Source: Patescibacteria group bacterium
Lineage (GTDB): Bacteria; Patescibacteriota; Minisyncoccia; Phycocordibacterales; Phycocordibacteraceae
Length of the DNA stretch: 39,161 nt
Reading direction: 5' to 3'
NCBI GenBank assembly: GCA_018971265.1
Contig: JAGXBE010000002.1
Span: 1 to 39,161, forward strand
Shown here: piece by piece, positions 30,106 to 39,161 of the stretch
How the letters are laid out: every line of letters starts with the position of its first letter
Position numbering within the stretch: the first letter of the stretch is position 1
The notes under the pieces: model-generated
What the model saw: only the letters and a program-made list of their open reading frames with translations
Told to the model about the DNA's origin: nothing
The model's database searches: none
Position numbers and translations under genes: made by a program

Positions 30106-31341
30106 ATGGACATACCGCTGGATAATGACCATAAGAAGATCGGCAAGGAGCTCGACCTCTTCACTTTTTCCGATTCGGTCGGCAAAGGTCTTCCGCTTTT
30201 CACTCCAAAGGGCTCCGTTATTCGTCGCGAACTTGAGCGTTTTATCGTTGATGAGGAGATACGACGCGGGTATCTCCACGTATACACACCAGATATCGCC
30301 AAACTTGATTTATACAGAAAAAGTGGACACTACCCGCACTATAAAGACTCGATGTATGCGCCAATCGAGATCGATAAGGAACAGTTCATGCTTAGGCCAA
30401 TGACATGCCCGCACCATTTTGAGCTGTATCTGCGCAAACCGGTGAGTTATCGGGAATTGCCGATGCGTATCGCCGAACTTGCAAAGCTGTATCGTTACGA
30501 ACAGTCCGGTGAGATCATGGGTCTCCAGCGCGTCCGTACATTTTGTCTCGCAGATGCTCACATCATCTGTGCGGATGAGGAGCAAGCTATTGATGAGATC
30601 GGCAAGGCACTTGATCTTATCGAGTACGTCACGTCCGTGTTCGGTCTCAAGCTCGATGTCGATTATCACTATCGCCTTTCGCTCGGGGATCGTACTAACA
30701 CGGAGAAATATTATGAAAATGATGCTGGCTGGGAAAAGGCCGAGGATCTTCTTCGTAAACTCATGCAAAATCGGGGTTCAAAATTTGAGGAATCGAAAGA
30801 TGAAGCAGCCTTCTACGGCCCCAAGATAGACATCCAAATGAAAAATGTGAATGGGAAGGAGGATACTGCTTTTACGGTTCAGTATGACTTCTGTATGCCT
30901 GATCGGTTTGATCTCTCGTATATAGGCGAGGACGGAGAAAAGCACCGGGCATTTGTCGTACATCGGTCCTCCATCGGTGCTATCGAGCGCATCATGGCTT
31001 TTCTTATCGAGAAATATGGCGGTGCATTCCCGCTCTGGCTTAGCCCTGTGCAGGTGCGGGTGCTGAGTGTGTCGGAGAAACACACGGCATACGCACGAGA
31101 AGTCGCGGGCGCGCTCAAAGCCGCGCACATTCGCGCCGAAACTGATGGGTCAAATGAATCCCTCGGGAAAAAGATACGGGCCGCGAAGACGGAAAAAATC
31201 CCCTACCTTCTCGTTGTCGGGGATGCGGAAGTTGAAGCGAAGACCGTCTCGGTAGAAAGCCGCGATGCGGGGAAATTGAATGCAGTATCGATTGCGGATT
31301 TCATCACGCGCGTAAGCGAAGAAATCAAGGCGCGAAAATAG
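30106..31341 (+). CDS. thrS: Threonyl-tRNA synthetase lacking the N-terminal TGS/editing domains
   Basis: Starts at NDHKKIGKELDLF; SGHY, LRPMTCPHH, YRYEQSG, FYGPKIDIQ, VVHR, anticodon-binding domain. Confidence 0.96.
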   Translation: MDIPLDNDHKKIGKELDLFTFSDSVGKGLPLFTPKGSVIRRELERFIVDEEIRRGYLHVYTPDIAKLDLYRKSGHYPHYKDSMYAPIEIDKEQFMLRPMTCPHHFELYLRKPVSYRELPMRIAELAKLYRYEQSGEIMGLQRVRTFCLADAHIICADEEQAIDEIGKALDLIEYVTSVFGLKLDVDYHYRLSLGDRTNTEKYYENDAGWEKAEDLLRKLMQNRGSKFEESKDEAAFYGPKIDIQMKNVNGKEDTAFTVQYDFCMPDRFDLSYIGEDGEKHRAFVVHRSSIGAIERIMAFLIEKYGGAFPLWLSPVQVRVLSVSEKHTAYAREVAGALKAAHIRAETDGSNESLGKKIRAAKTEKIPYLLVVGDAEVEAKTVSVESRDAGKLNAVSIADFITRVSEEIKARK

Positions 31342-31440
31342 TTTACTGGAATCGGCCGGAGGAATACCGCGTTCGCTTTGCGGTGCGAACGAAAAATCGT
31401 CAGGGTCTGCGACGCAGCAAATGCTGTTTTTATTCGGCTC

Positions 31441-34104
31441 TTATGCGCCGAGTACCGCAAGTGCGCGGGTAAGCGCAAGCTTCGCCCCTGTTACTCCCGT
31501 TGAATAACTTGAGTCAATTGCGTTCGCGAGCGCCGCTATAAGCTGCTCAAGGCGGGGCGTGTCGAGCCGCGCGGTCAGACGTGCGACATCAGCGTCACAC
31601 GCGGTGCCGTCGATGCGGGCGCGATATACGTCATCAAGGAGACATGCGGCGGCGGCGAGCATCTGCTCCGCCTTCCCTCCCCCGCGTACCAGCTCACGCA
31701 ACCCGGCAAACACTGCGGCGCGATCGCCTTCGACGAGTGCCGAGACAAAGCCGCGCACATGCGCCGATGCCGTGTCTGTACCATTTCCGTTCACTTCTGC
31801 CGCGCGAGTTGCTATTGGCTCAACGGCAACGTGAATCGGCTCGACCTTTTCATATATCGGCTCCGTATTTTGGACCGGCTCTGGCGCGCGTTCAGCAACA
31901 GGAGCGGTCGGAGCGGAACTTTGGTGCGAAAGTCCTTTTACGATATCTTCAATCGAAAGCGCACCATTATGCGCAAAAGATTTGAAGCCGTCGTATGCGG
32001 AGTATCCGCGAGGCGCTTGGGGCACTGTTTCCAATGCGGGCTGGAAAGCCATCTGGGGTGCCGGCACTTTGGGAGAAATGTGTACGTCCGCCGAATGCTC
32101 TTGCGCGTTGAGCGCAAAAGAGACGCGCTTCCCGAAAAGATGTGCGGAGCGGTATAGACCCGGCAGTGCGCCGAAAAGTATCAGGTATGCGAGCGCGAGC
32201 GACCAGAGAATGAGCGCGAGCCAGTAGAGCACCGTCCCGACAGGACCGAGATCAAGTCCTGTGTACGGTATCTGCGAAAGGTAGAGATAAGCAAGCGGCT
32301 GCGTACTTGCGTGAGGAAGCGCCGAAAGTACGATGGTTGGAGGAGGTGGGCCGCCGCCACCGCCACCGCAGTTATTGGTGCACCCGCCCGAGCCGCCGGT
32401 CACCGTGAGCGTCGCCGCGCACGTGAGCGTCTGGCCATTTTGGGCGTGGAATGTGCCGGTGTAGGTGTAGGTGCCGACGCCTACAGGAGAAACAGTTGTC
32501 GAACCGGGCGAGCTTGTCGCCGTCGCTATTCCGTTATCGATATCCACGTTCGAAATCTCGCTGCCGCCCCAGGAAAGGGTCGCGGAGCCGCCGGTAGTGT
32601 AGCTTGAAGGGGAAACCGCAAGCGTGCAAGACGGGCCGCCGCCGCCACCACCACCATGATTTACCGAAACCACGGCGGTGCATGTCACCGTCTGGCCGGA
32701 CGGGCTCACTAGCGTACCGGTGAATGTCGTGTCGTTCGTAATCGCCTTCGAGCTCACCGAGCCGCCGAGCGCGGGTGAGACCGCACCTATCCCGTTATCA
32801 ATGGAGAAGGTGCCTGCATTGGTTGTCGTCCAAGTGAGGGTCGTGTGATCGCCAGCGTTCACGCTCGTCGGCGAGGCAGTGAGCGTGCAGGTCGGCGCGC
32901 TCGGTGGCGGGGGCGTCGAGGTGACTGTTACGGTGGCGGTGCAATTGACCGAGCCGCCCGGACCCTTGGCGGTTCCGGTATAAGTAAGTGTATTGGTCGG
33001 CGAGACATTTTTAGATCCGGAAGAGACCGGTGTGACACTGCCGATACCGCGATCGATACTGAAAGAGTCGGCATTCGTGGTCGTCCATTTGAGCGTTGAA
33101 GAGCTACCGGTCTGGATCGAAGTCGGCGAGGCAGTGAGCGTGCAGGTGGGAGCGGCTGGCGGGGGTGGTGGGGGTTGTTGGGTGACCGTGATGGTCGTCG
33201 AACAGTGGCCGGTGTATTGGGGAGAAAAACCTCCGTTGTTGTCGAAGATAGTTCCGGTATAGGTGGTGGTCACGGTCGGCGAAACAGCTATCGAACCGCC
33301 GGTAATCGGGACTTGGCCGATACCGTGATCAATGGTTAGCGAAACTTGAGAGCTGTCTGTACTATTCGTGGTCCATGAAAGCGTGGACGAAGATCCGCTT
33401 TGAATAGCGGTCGGCTTTGCGATGAGCGTACAGGTTGGAAGCGGGGGCGGAGGTGGGGGCGGCGTCGACGGCACGCAGGTGTTGTAGGAAAGGCCGCAGT
33501 ATTGCGCGTTATTGGGGCCCGTTACTCGCCCGGGCTGGGTGCCGACCGGACATGAGGATACGCAGCTATTGCTGTACCAGTAGGCGCCGCAACCACTCCA
33601 AACGGGAGAGCTGGCGGGGTTGGGGGGCGGGGGCGCAACAGTCACATTCGTATAGCAGGTCGTCTCTCCGCCCGGGCCATACACGGTCATAGTATATTTC
33701 GTCGTCACGGCGACGAAAACGAGTTTCGAGCCGGAGTCGACCGGCGAGACAGAGCCGATACCGCTGTCTATGCTTGCAGAGGTTCCTGCTGTCGTCGTCC
33801 ATGAAAGCGTCGACAGGCCGCCGCCGTATGCGAGGGAGAATGGATTCGCCGAAAGAGCGCAGGTCGGGACCGGCTGTGTTATCGGGAGAGTCGAAGAGAC
33901 CGGGGGCGGGGGCGGGGGCGGCGTGGGCGCCGGAGCACAATCACAGGGTGGGCCGGCAACCTGAGCATAGATCTGCGAAGGGGTGACAAAGCCCGTCGCA
34001 AGCGCGATAGACACACCGAAAACAAGCTCGAGCAGCACGGTAGAGAGGCCGATGGTAGTCGGTCGTTTTGGTGCGTATGCGCTGATTTCTTTTATTTTTA
34101 TCAT
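31441..34104 (-). CDS. Large surface protein: signal/TM, five Ig-like repeats, IPYTG + TM, cytoplasmic tail with DnaX-collar-like domain
   Basis: Repeats PTCTL.A.P.S...G.S.TL.W...IDxGIG...T.YT...C...VTV separated by poly-Pro/poly-Gly; IPYTG at 32257-32271, then a hydrophobic helix. Confidence 0.85.
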   Translation of the reverse strand: MIKIKEISAYAPKRPTTIGLSTVLLELVFGVSIALATGFVTPSQIYAQVAGPPCDCAPAPTPPPPPPPVSSTLPITQPVPTCALSANPFSLAYGGGLSTLSWTTTAGTSASIDSGIGSVSPVDSGSKLVFVAVTTKYTMTVYGPGGETTCYTNVTVAPPPPNPASSPVWSGCGAYWYSNSCVSSCPVGTQPGRVTGPNNAQYCGLSYNTCVPSTPPPPPPPLPTCTLIAKPTAIQSGSSSTLSWTTNSTDSSQVSLTIDHGIGQVPITGGSIAVSPTVTTTYTGTIFDNNGGFSPQYTGHCSTTITVTQQPPPPPPAAPTCTLTASPTSIQTGSSSTLKWTTTNADSFSIDRGIGSVTPVSSGSKNVSPTNTLTYTGTAKGPGGSVNCTATVTVTSTPPPPSAPTCTLTASPTSVNAGDHTTLTWTTTNAGTFSIDNGIGAVSPALGGSVSSKAITNDTTFTGTLVSPSGQTVTCTAVVSVNHGGGGGGGPSCTLAVSPSSYTTGGSATLSWGGSEISNVDIDNGIATATSSPGSTTVSPVGVGTYTYTGTFHAQNGQTLTCAATLTVTGGSGGCTNNCGGGGGGPPPPTIVLSALPHASTQPLAYLYLSQIPYTGLDLGPVGTVLYWLALILWSLALAYLILFGALPGLYRSAHLFGKRVSFALNAQEHSADVHISPKVPAPQMAFQPALETVPQAPRGYSAYDGFKSFAHNGALSIEDIVKGLSHQSSAPTAPVAERAPEPVQNTEPIYEKVEPIHVAVEPIATRAAEVNGNGTDTASAHVRGFVSALVEGDRAAVFAGLRELVRGGGKAEQMLAAAACLLDDVYRARIDGTACDADVARLTARLDTPRLEQLIAALANAIDSSYSTGVTGAKLALTRALAVLGA
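32400..33867 (-). repeat. Five ~80-aa Ig/PKD-like protein repeats, each with two Cys
   Basis: PTCALSANP, PTCTLIAKP, PTCTLTASP (twice), PSCTLAVSP. Confidence 0.85.
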
Positions 34105-34190
34105 ATGATTTCTCGCACTTGTCGCTCACGCGACGCATGAAAAGGGCGGGATGAGGAACGATATATTGTCAACCATCCCGGCCCTGAAGT

Positions 34191-35471
34191 TTACTGCGGA
34201 CAGTCGCCGTTGTCCTTAAGCCACAACTCGTCAGGAATATCGACGCGGTATCTGCCCCGCCAATCCTGCGGCCGCATGTAGACACCGCAGGTCTGTGTGC
34301 CATCTGCGTACGCGAGACAAAGGTAGACGACTCGACTCCAGATTGCAGTCGAAAATCGAAGCGTCTGTCTCCTTGTGAGCGCCGGGTACAGGTACCGATG
34401 CGGTATTTCTGCGGTACTTCCGAGTATGCCACGAATGTATCCCAAAGCGGGAATGCAAACATCGCATTCGCCAAGCCACGCGGTCCACACCAAAGAACCT
34501 TGGCGCTGAGCATTGCAGGAACTCGGCGGCAGCGGACCTTCCGTACTGCCGATCCCCCAGCGAACATTTCCGCCGACAGGTGCGTCGAAAGATAGCTCGA
34601 CACATTTCTCCGCCACCGATGACGTGCGCCCGAAACGCCAGCTCTCGTTAAAGCAAACGAATGGAATGTCCCAGAGGTACGTTTCCCCCTCGTAGACATA
34701 ACTCCACTCGAGCGCTTTCGCCGCTTCGGCCACCGCTCCTTTGCGATACGGACGGCCGTCTGGCGAGCGAAGGACCGGAAGTTCCGCAACCGCGACATGA
34801 TTCATCAGGTGCGGGCGCCGGCCTCCCGACCACATCTGCTCGAGCGGTTCGTTTGGCATGAGCCACACAAGCGTGCCGCCCTTGCAGTCGCCAAGCGCTT
34901 TTTTGAAGTGTTCCTTGACCGCTTGCGGCATGCTGGTGCCGTCGATAGCTGCGGGTGCCTTTTGACAGGCCTCCTCAAGAGAGTGCGCATACGGTGCCGC
35001 ACCCCAGTGTTGCCATGCGCCTTCAGCGGGCCGCTTGGTAGCGACGGACGCTTTGGGGGCCGACGACTGCTTCACAGTTTTCTTCTCCATCTGCCTCTGC
35101 GTCTTGGGTGCCGGCTTTGGCACCTTCTTCTTTGCGGCAGACGGCACGGGAGTTGGCGCCGGCGGCGCCGGACTTGAAGCGATGATCTTCGGTTCCGCAA
35201 CGGGCGGTACTGTAATCTCCGCTTTATTCCCCTCCGGTTTCGGCTCTGCGACCGGCTTCGGCGCTGTTCGAAAATATCGAACAACAGATCGAACAGAGAC
35301 GATCCGCGACGAGAGCCACTGAGGAAATAGCGCGGGGTAAAACGTCCCCCATTCGAAAATGAGCGCGCTTGCTACGATAACGGCGGCTATGGTGCCCCAA
35401 AGGAGCATTTTTGCCGACCCTTTCCTTCTGCCGCTGGGGATGGCGCTCTTAAAGAGTTCCCTGTCATTCAC
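34191..35471 (-). CDS. Hypothetical membrane-anchored protein with Pro/Lys-rich stalk and Cys/Trp-rich C-terminal domain
   Basis: AAGGAG before the GTG start; TM segment LLWGTIAAVIVASALIF. Confidence 0.75.
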   Translation of the reverse strand: MNDRELFKSAIPSGRRKGSAKMLLWGTIAAVIVASALIFEWGTFYPALFPQWLSSRIVSVRSVVRYFRTAPKPVAEPKPEGNKAEITVPPVAEPKIIASSPAPPAPTPVPSAAKKKVPKPAPKTQRQMEKKTVKQSSAPKASVATKRPAEGAWQHWGAAPYAHSLEEACQKAPAAIDGTSMPQAVKEHFKKALGDCKGGTLVWLMPNEPLEQMWSGGRRPHLMNHVAVAELPVLRSPDGRPYRKGAVAEAAKALEWSYVYEGETYLWDIPFVCFNESWRFGRTSSVAEKCVELSFDAPVGGNVRWGIGSTEGPLPPSSCNAQRQGSLVWTAWLGECDVCIPALGYIRGILGSTAEIPHRYLYPALTRRQTLRFSTAIWSRVVYLCLAYADGTQTCGVYMRPQDWRGRYRVDIPDELWLKDNGDCPQ

Positions 35472-35561
35472 TGTTGTCTCCTTGGTTGAGCCGTGTCTGC
35501 GGCGATTGTGACGGAAAGAACAACCTTCTTCTCCCCTTACGGAGAGTCATTCGATTTCCGG

Positions 35562-36242
35562 CTAGCCGGAAATCGAATGACTCTCAACAAAGTCCGCAAC
35601 GACGACGAAGCGATCTGTTTTTGCCCCGAAAGAATCGCATGTCGAGAGAGTGAGTACGCGGCCGGCTACCGAAAGCGGAATTGCCGCGTCGTTTGCGCTC
35701 TCTTTCGCGACGGTTCTCACCCGATATGTGTACGCCGTTGTCGGCGAGTACACGGTGACAATATCTCCCGCCACAAGCTTCTGAATACCGTTGAAGGTCT
35801 TGTACGCCTGGTTGCCGACTATCGGCAGATAGCTCGAGTGGCCGAAGAGGACCACGTTGCCCGTCTCGCCGAGCCGTGCGGACGTCGGATACCGCACCGC
35901 ACCGCTAAGGAGCAGGGCATCGAGCGCCTCTACGTTTGTCGTATCCGGATTCGCGATTGCTGCCGAAAGCTGTATTGCAGGAATCGATATTTTCGTCGGC
36001 AATTCAACGCTCACCGCACGCGTCGACGCTCCATTTTGATCTGCAGCGACGAGCGGGCTTGCCGCGAGCGTCACGGTCGAATTGGATGCTGCCGGAACTT
36101 CAGGCACGATGCCAAGCTGCGCGAGCACGAATGCGTTCCCGAAAAATATAACTCCAAAAAGCGAGAGGAAACTCCACTTTTTTGTGTAGGAGCGCATGCC
36201 GGCCCTCACAAGCCGTACGGCAAGATGTATCAATACCTCCAT
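35562..36242 (-). CDS. Sortase
   Basis: N-terminal TM, ISIPAI, GNVVLFGHSS (His), TLSTC (Cys), RFVV (Arg). Confidence 0.92.
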   Translation of the reverse strand: MEVLIHLAVRLVRAGMRSYTKKWSFLSLFGVIFFGNAFVLAQLGIVPEVPAASNSTVTLAASPLVAADQNGASTRAVSVELPTKISIPAIQLSAAIANPDTTNVEALDALLLSGAVRYPTSARLGETGNVVLFGHSSYLPIVGNQAYKTFNGIQKLVAGDIVTVYSPTTAYTYRVRTVAKESANDAAIPLSVAGRVLTLSTCDSFGAKTDRFVVVADFVESHSISG

Positions 36243-36277
36243 ATAATCTTTCCAATTAATACACTGCTACGCCATGA

Positions 36278-36302
36278 ATGTCAAGTTCTCAAAACTTGAC
36301 AT
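36278..36302. promoter_or_regulatory. Palindrome carrying back-to-back TTGACA boxes between divergent genes
   Basis: ATGTCAAGTT-CTCAA-AACTTGACAT. Confidence 0.6.
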
Positions 36303-36334
36303 AAAAACTATAGTATTGTATCTATACCTTACCT

Positions 36335-37090
36335 ATGGCTATAACCAATATCGACACACCGACCCGCCGTGCGGCAGTATTCGCCCTTGCGACAGTCGGC
36401 TTCGTTACTCTCGTGGCGCTTGGCGTCTCGCTCGCCATCTATTCTGCACGCTATGTTCCAAGCACGGTAGGCGGCATCGGCGCGGCGGCTGTCTCAATAT
36501 CCCAAATATTTGCGCCGGCGCCGGCGCCGGTTCTTACAGTCGTGCCGACCGCTTCTTCGACGACGATTCCTTTCGACAGCGTGGGCTCAACATCCTCGAC
36601 GAGCGAGTCGAAAACGGAAACCGTACCGTCCAAGACGGCAATCGCACCGACCGCCGGCAATAAAACGAGCACGACCTATCAGGTAGGAACCGGCGCGCCG
36701 ACACTCTCCGGCCTGCCCGACCTTATCGTCACCATAAGCTCCGTTGGCTACCTTACATCGACCTCGACTGATTCGTTTGTCGCCGCGACAAGCGTGCCGC
36801 ACGGCGCGAGTCCCGCGGTTAAATTCATCATAAAGAATATCGGGACGAATGTCGCCGGTCCGTGGCGTTTCAGCGCATCGATTCCGACTTCTTCCAATTC
36901 CATCTATCAGTCTCTGCCGCAGCAGAGCCTCAACCCGGGCGATTACATCGAGTACACGCTCGGATTCAGCCAGCCGATAGCCGGAGCGGACAAGATGATC
37001 TCCATCACCGCGAATTTCGACCACGCGGTGTCAGAATCAAACATGAACAACAACAGCGCCTCTGCAGAGGTAACCGTACTCGGATCGTAA
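36335..37090 (+). CDS. Membrane-anchored Ser/Thr-rich protein with C-terminal CARDB-like Ig domain
   Basis: TM helix; PDLIVT..IKNIGT..SLNPG..VSESNMNNN. Confidence 0.8.
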   Translation: MAITNIDTPTRRAAVFALATVGFVTLVALGVSLAIYSARYVPSTVGGIGAAAVSISQIFAPAPAPVLTVVPTASSTTIPFDSVGSTSSTSESKTETVPSKTAIAPTAGNKTSTTYQVGTGAPTLSGLPDLIVTISSVGYLTSTSTDSFVAATSVPHGASPAVKFIIKNIGTNVAGPWRFSASIPTSSNSIYQSLPQQSLNPGDYIEYTLGFSQPIAGADKMISITANFDHAVSESNMNNNSASAEVTVLGS

Positions 37091-37099
37091 GGACTGCAG

Positions 37100-39161
37100 T
37101 CACACATCAATCGTCGCGAGTTTTGCGTTCGACTGAATGAATGACTTTCGACTGGCGACATCGGTGCCCATAAGAATGTCGAAAATGCGGTCGGCCGCTT
37201 CGGCATCCTCAACGGTTACCCTCTTCAGCACGCGGCGCGCCGGGTCCATCGTCGTCTCCCAGAGTTCCGATGCGTTCATCTCGCCGAGACCTTTATAGCG
37301 TTGTACGTTCGCCTTTGCCGGCTTTTTTGCCATCGCAGTGTCTTCTTGTTCCGGCGCGTCATCGTCCCCTTCTCCCACTATCGCAACTTCCGTTGGAGCA
37401 ACACCCATCTCTTTGAGCGCCGCTTCTTTTTCAACATCAGAGTAGGCATACGCAATGGCCTTCCCTTTTGAGACCTTATACAGGGGCGGCTGTGCGATAT
37501 AGATAAAACCTCCATCAATTACTGGGCGAAAATGCCGGTAAAAGAGTGTCAGGATGAGTGTGCGGATATGCGCGCCGTCAACGTCGGCATCAGTCGCAAT
37601 AATTATCTTGTGATAACGCAGTTTTGAAATATCGAAGACATCCCCAATAGCCGTACCCATAGCAACCACGAGATTCCGCACCTGTTCTGATGCAAGCATC
37701 TTGTCGATGCGCGCGCGCTCGACATTGAGGATTTTCCCACGCAAAGGCAGCACGGCTTGAGTACGGCGGTCGCGGCCCATCTTCGCCGTGCCTCCGGCCG
37801 AATCTCCCTCCACGATGAAGATCTCGCTTTCTGCGGCGCTCTTTGTTTGGCAGTCGGCGAGCTTCCCGGGAAGGGTCATGCCCTCCAAGGCACCCTTCCT
37901 GAGCACCGAGTCCTTTGCCGCTTTCGCCGCTTTGCGCGCCTTTAGCGCGAGCTGCACCTTGCCCAATATGGCCCGCGCATCGTCCGGATTCTCCTCGAGG
38001 AACGCACCGAATGCTTCAGCGAAAACCGTCGCAACCGCACCCTGCGCTTCGACCGATCCCAGTTTCGCCTTCGTCTGACCTTCGAATTGGATTTCGGGAA
38101 GCTTCACCGAAACGACGGCAGTAATGCCCTCGAGCACATCATCGCCGGTAAAGTTTTCATCCTTTTCCTTGAGAAAGTTCGCGTTTCTGCCGTACGAATT
38201 CAGTGAGCGCGTGAGCGCCGTCTTGAAGCCGGTGATGTGGGTGCCGCCCTCGCTGTTGTAGGTATTGTTCGCAAAAGCGGTGATCCGCGGCGTGATGTCG
38301 TCGACGTATTGGAGCGCGACCTCGACCGCCACGCTGTCCTGCTCGCGATCAATATAAAAAATATTCTTGTGCACCGGTGTCTGGTGCTTGTTATAGAACG
38401 CGACGAGCGATTTCAAACCGCCCTCGAAATAGAACGTCATTGAAGGGGCGTCGAGGGAGAGTTCGCGCAGATAGAAGCATCCTCCATCGGCGACTTCGGA
38501 AAGCTCCCGGGCGTCGATGACCGTGATGCGCACGCCTTTCACGAGGTAGGCCTGCTGGCGCAGATGCGTCACGATTTTTTCCCAGTTCCACTCGACGCCT
38601 TCTTTGAAGATGGCCGCGTCGGGTTTGAAGAGGACGACGGTGCCATGTTCCTTCGTCGTACCGGTTTTCTTAACCCTGGCGAGCGGTTTGCCTATCTTGT
38701 ATTCCTGCACATGCGTGCCGCCGTCTTGGTGCACAGTAACCTTCGTGTGCTCCGAAAGCGCGTTCACCACGGAGGCACCCACTCCGTGGAGACCGCCCGA
38801 CACTTTGTAGCCCGATTCCGGGCCGCCGAATTTTCCGCCGGCATGGAGCGTGGTCATGATGGTCTCGAGTGCGGAGACTTTTGTTTTAGGGTGGATGCCC
38901 ACAGGGACGCCGCGCCCGTTGTCCACCACCCGTACGTATCCGCCCGGCAAAAGCGCGACTTCGATATCGTTCGCGTAGCCGCCCATCGCCTCGTCGCGGG
39001 CATTGTCAAAAATCTCCCAGATGAGGTGGTGGAGGCCGTCGGGGCCGGTGGTCCCGATATACATGCCCGGGCGCTTCCGCACTGGCTCGAGCCCTTCGAG
39101 AACCGTAATAGAGGCCGCATCGTATGCATGCCCCGCGGCGCCCTTGGCGCCGCGCTTCTCC
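37100..39161 (-). CDS. gyrB: DNA gyrase subunit B, 5' partial
   Basis: The frame is open to the window edge: YDAASITVLEGLEPVRKRPGMYIG, EGDSAGG, PLRGKILN, TDADVDGAHI, QRYKGLGEM. Confidence 0.97.
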   Translation of the reverse strand, partial: EKRGAKGAAGHAYDAASITVLEGLEPVRKRPGMYIGTTGPDGLHHLIWEIFDNARDEAMGGYANDIEVALLPGGYVRVVDNGRGVPVGIHPKTKVSALETIMTTLHAGGKFGGPESGYKVSGGLHGVGASVVNALSEHTKVTVHQDGGTHVQEYKIGKPLARVKKTGTTKEHGTVVLFKPDAAIFKEGVEWNWEKIVTHLRQQAYLVKGVRITVIDARELSEVADGGCFYLRELSLDAPSMTFYFEGGLKSLVAFYNKHQTPVHKNIFYIDREQDSVAVEVALQYVDDITPRITAFANNTYNSEGGTHITGFKTALTRSLNSYGRNANFLKEKDENFTGDDVLEGITAVVSVKLPEIQFEGQTKAKLGSVEAQGAVATVFAEAFGAFLEENPDDARAILGKVQLALKARKAAKAAKDSVLRKGALEGMTLPGKLADCQTKSAAESEIFIVEGDSAGGTAKMGRDRRTQAVLPLRGKILNVERARIDKMLASEQVRNLVVAMGTAIGDVFDISKLRYHKIIIATDADVDGAHIRTLILTLFYRHFRPVIDGGFIYIAQPPLYKVSKGKAIAYAYSDVEKEAALKEMGVAPTEVAIVGEGDDDAPEQEDTAMAKKPAKANVQRYKGLGEMNASELWETTMDPARRVLKRVTVEDAEAADRIFDILMGTDVASRKSFIQSNAKLATIDV

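Noticed and set aside
37320..37410. Acidic insertion near the GyrB C-terminus (and an extra segment near 38450-38510)
   Set aside because: No convincing inverted repeat or element core; it lies in a known variable region of GyrB.

Overview
This is a housekeeping-rich window from a small-genome bacterium. The compact RpoB/RpoC, short SMC, editing-less ThrRS, missing rimM and near-leaderless genes suggest Patescibacteria/CPR (Parcubacteria-like); this assignment is inference. TGA is used as a stop codon. Gene order: prmC (partial), hisS, an RNase H-like nuclease, DsbA, a UvrD-nuclease fusion, rpoD, dnaG, rpoC, rpoB, trmD, khpA, rpsP, rnr, smc, rnc, a nusB-Nudix fusion, rpmF, rnhB, dnaE, thrS, a surface-protein/sortase cluster and gyrB (partial). 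Two signals stand out. (1) A dispersed family of ~100-170 bp structured palindromic elements (three-way junction) occurs intergenically and also in-frame inside prmC and dnaE, adding ~35 aa loops, much like Rickettsia palindromic elements. (2) A sortase-linked surface protein has five Ig-like repeats, an internal IPYTG signal, a TM helix and a long cytoplasmic tail ending in a domain that looks like the DnaX (gamma/tau) clamp-loader collar. All calls were made by eye; no searches or folding programs were run.
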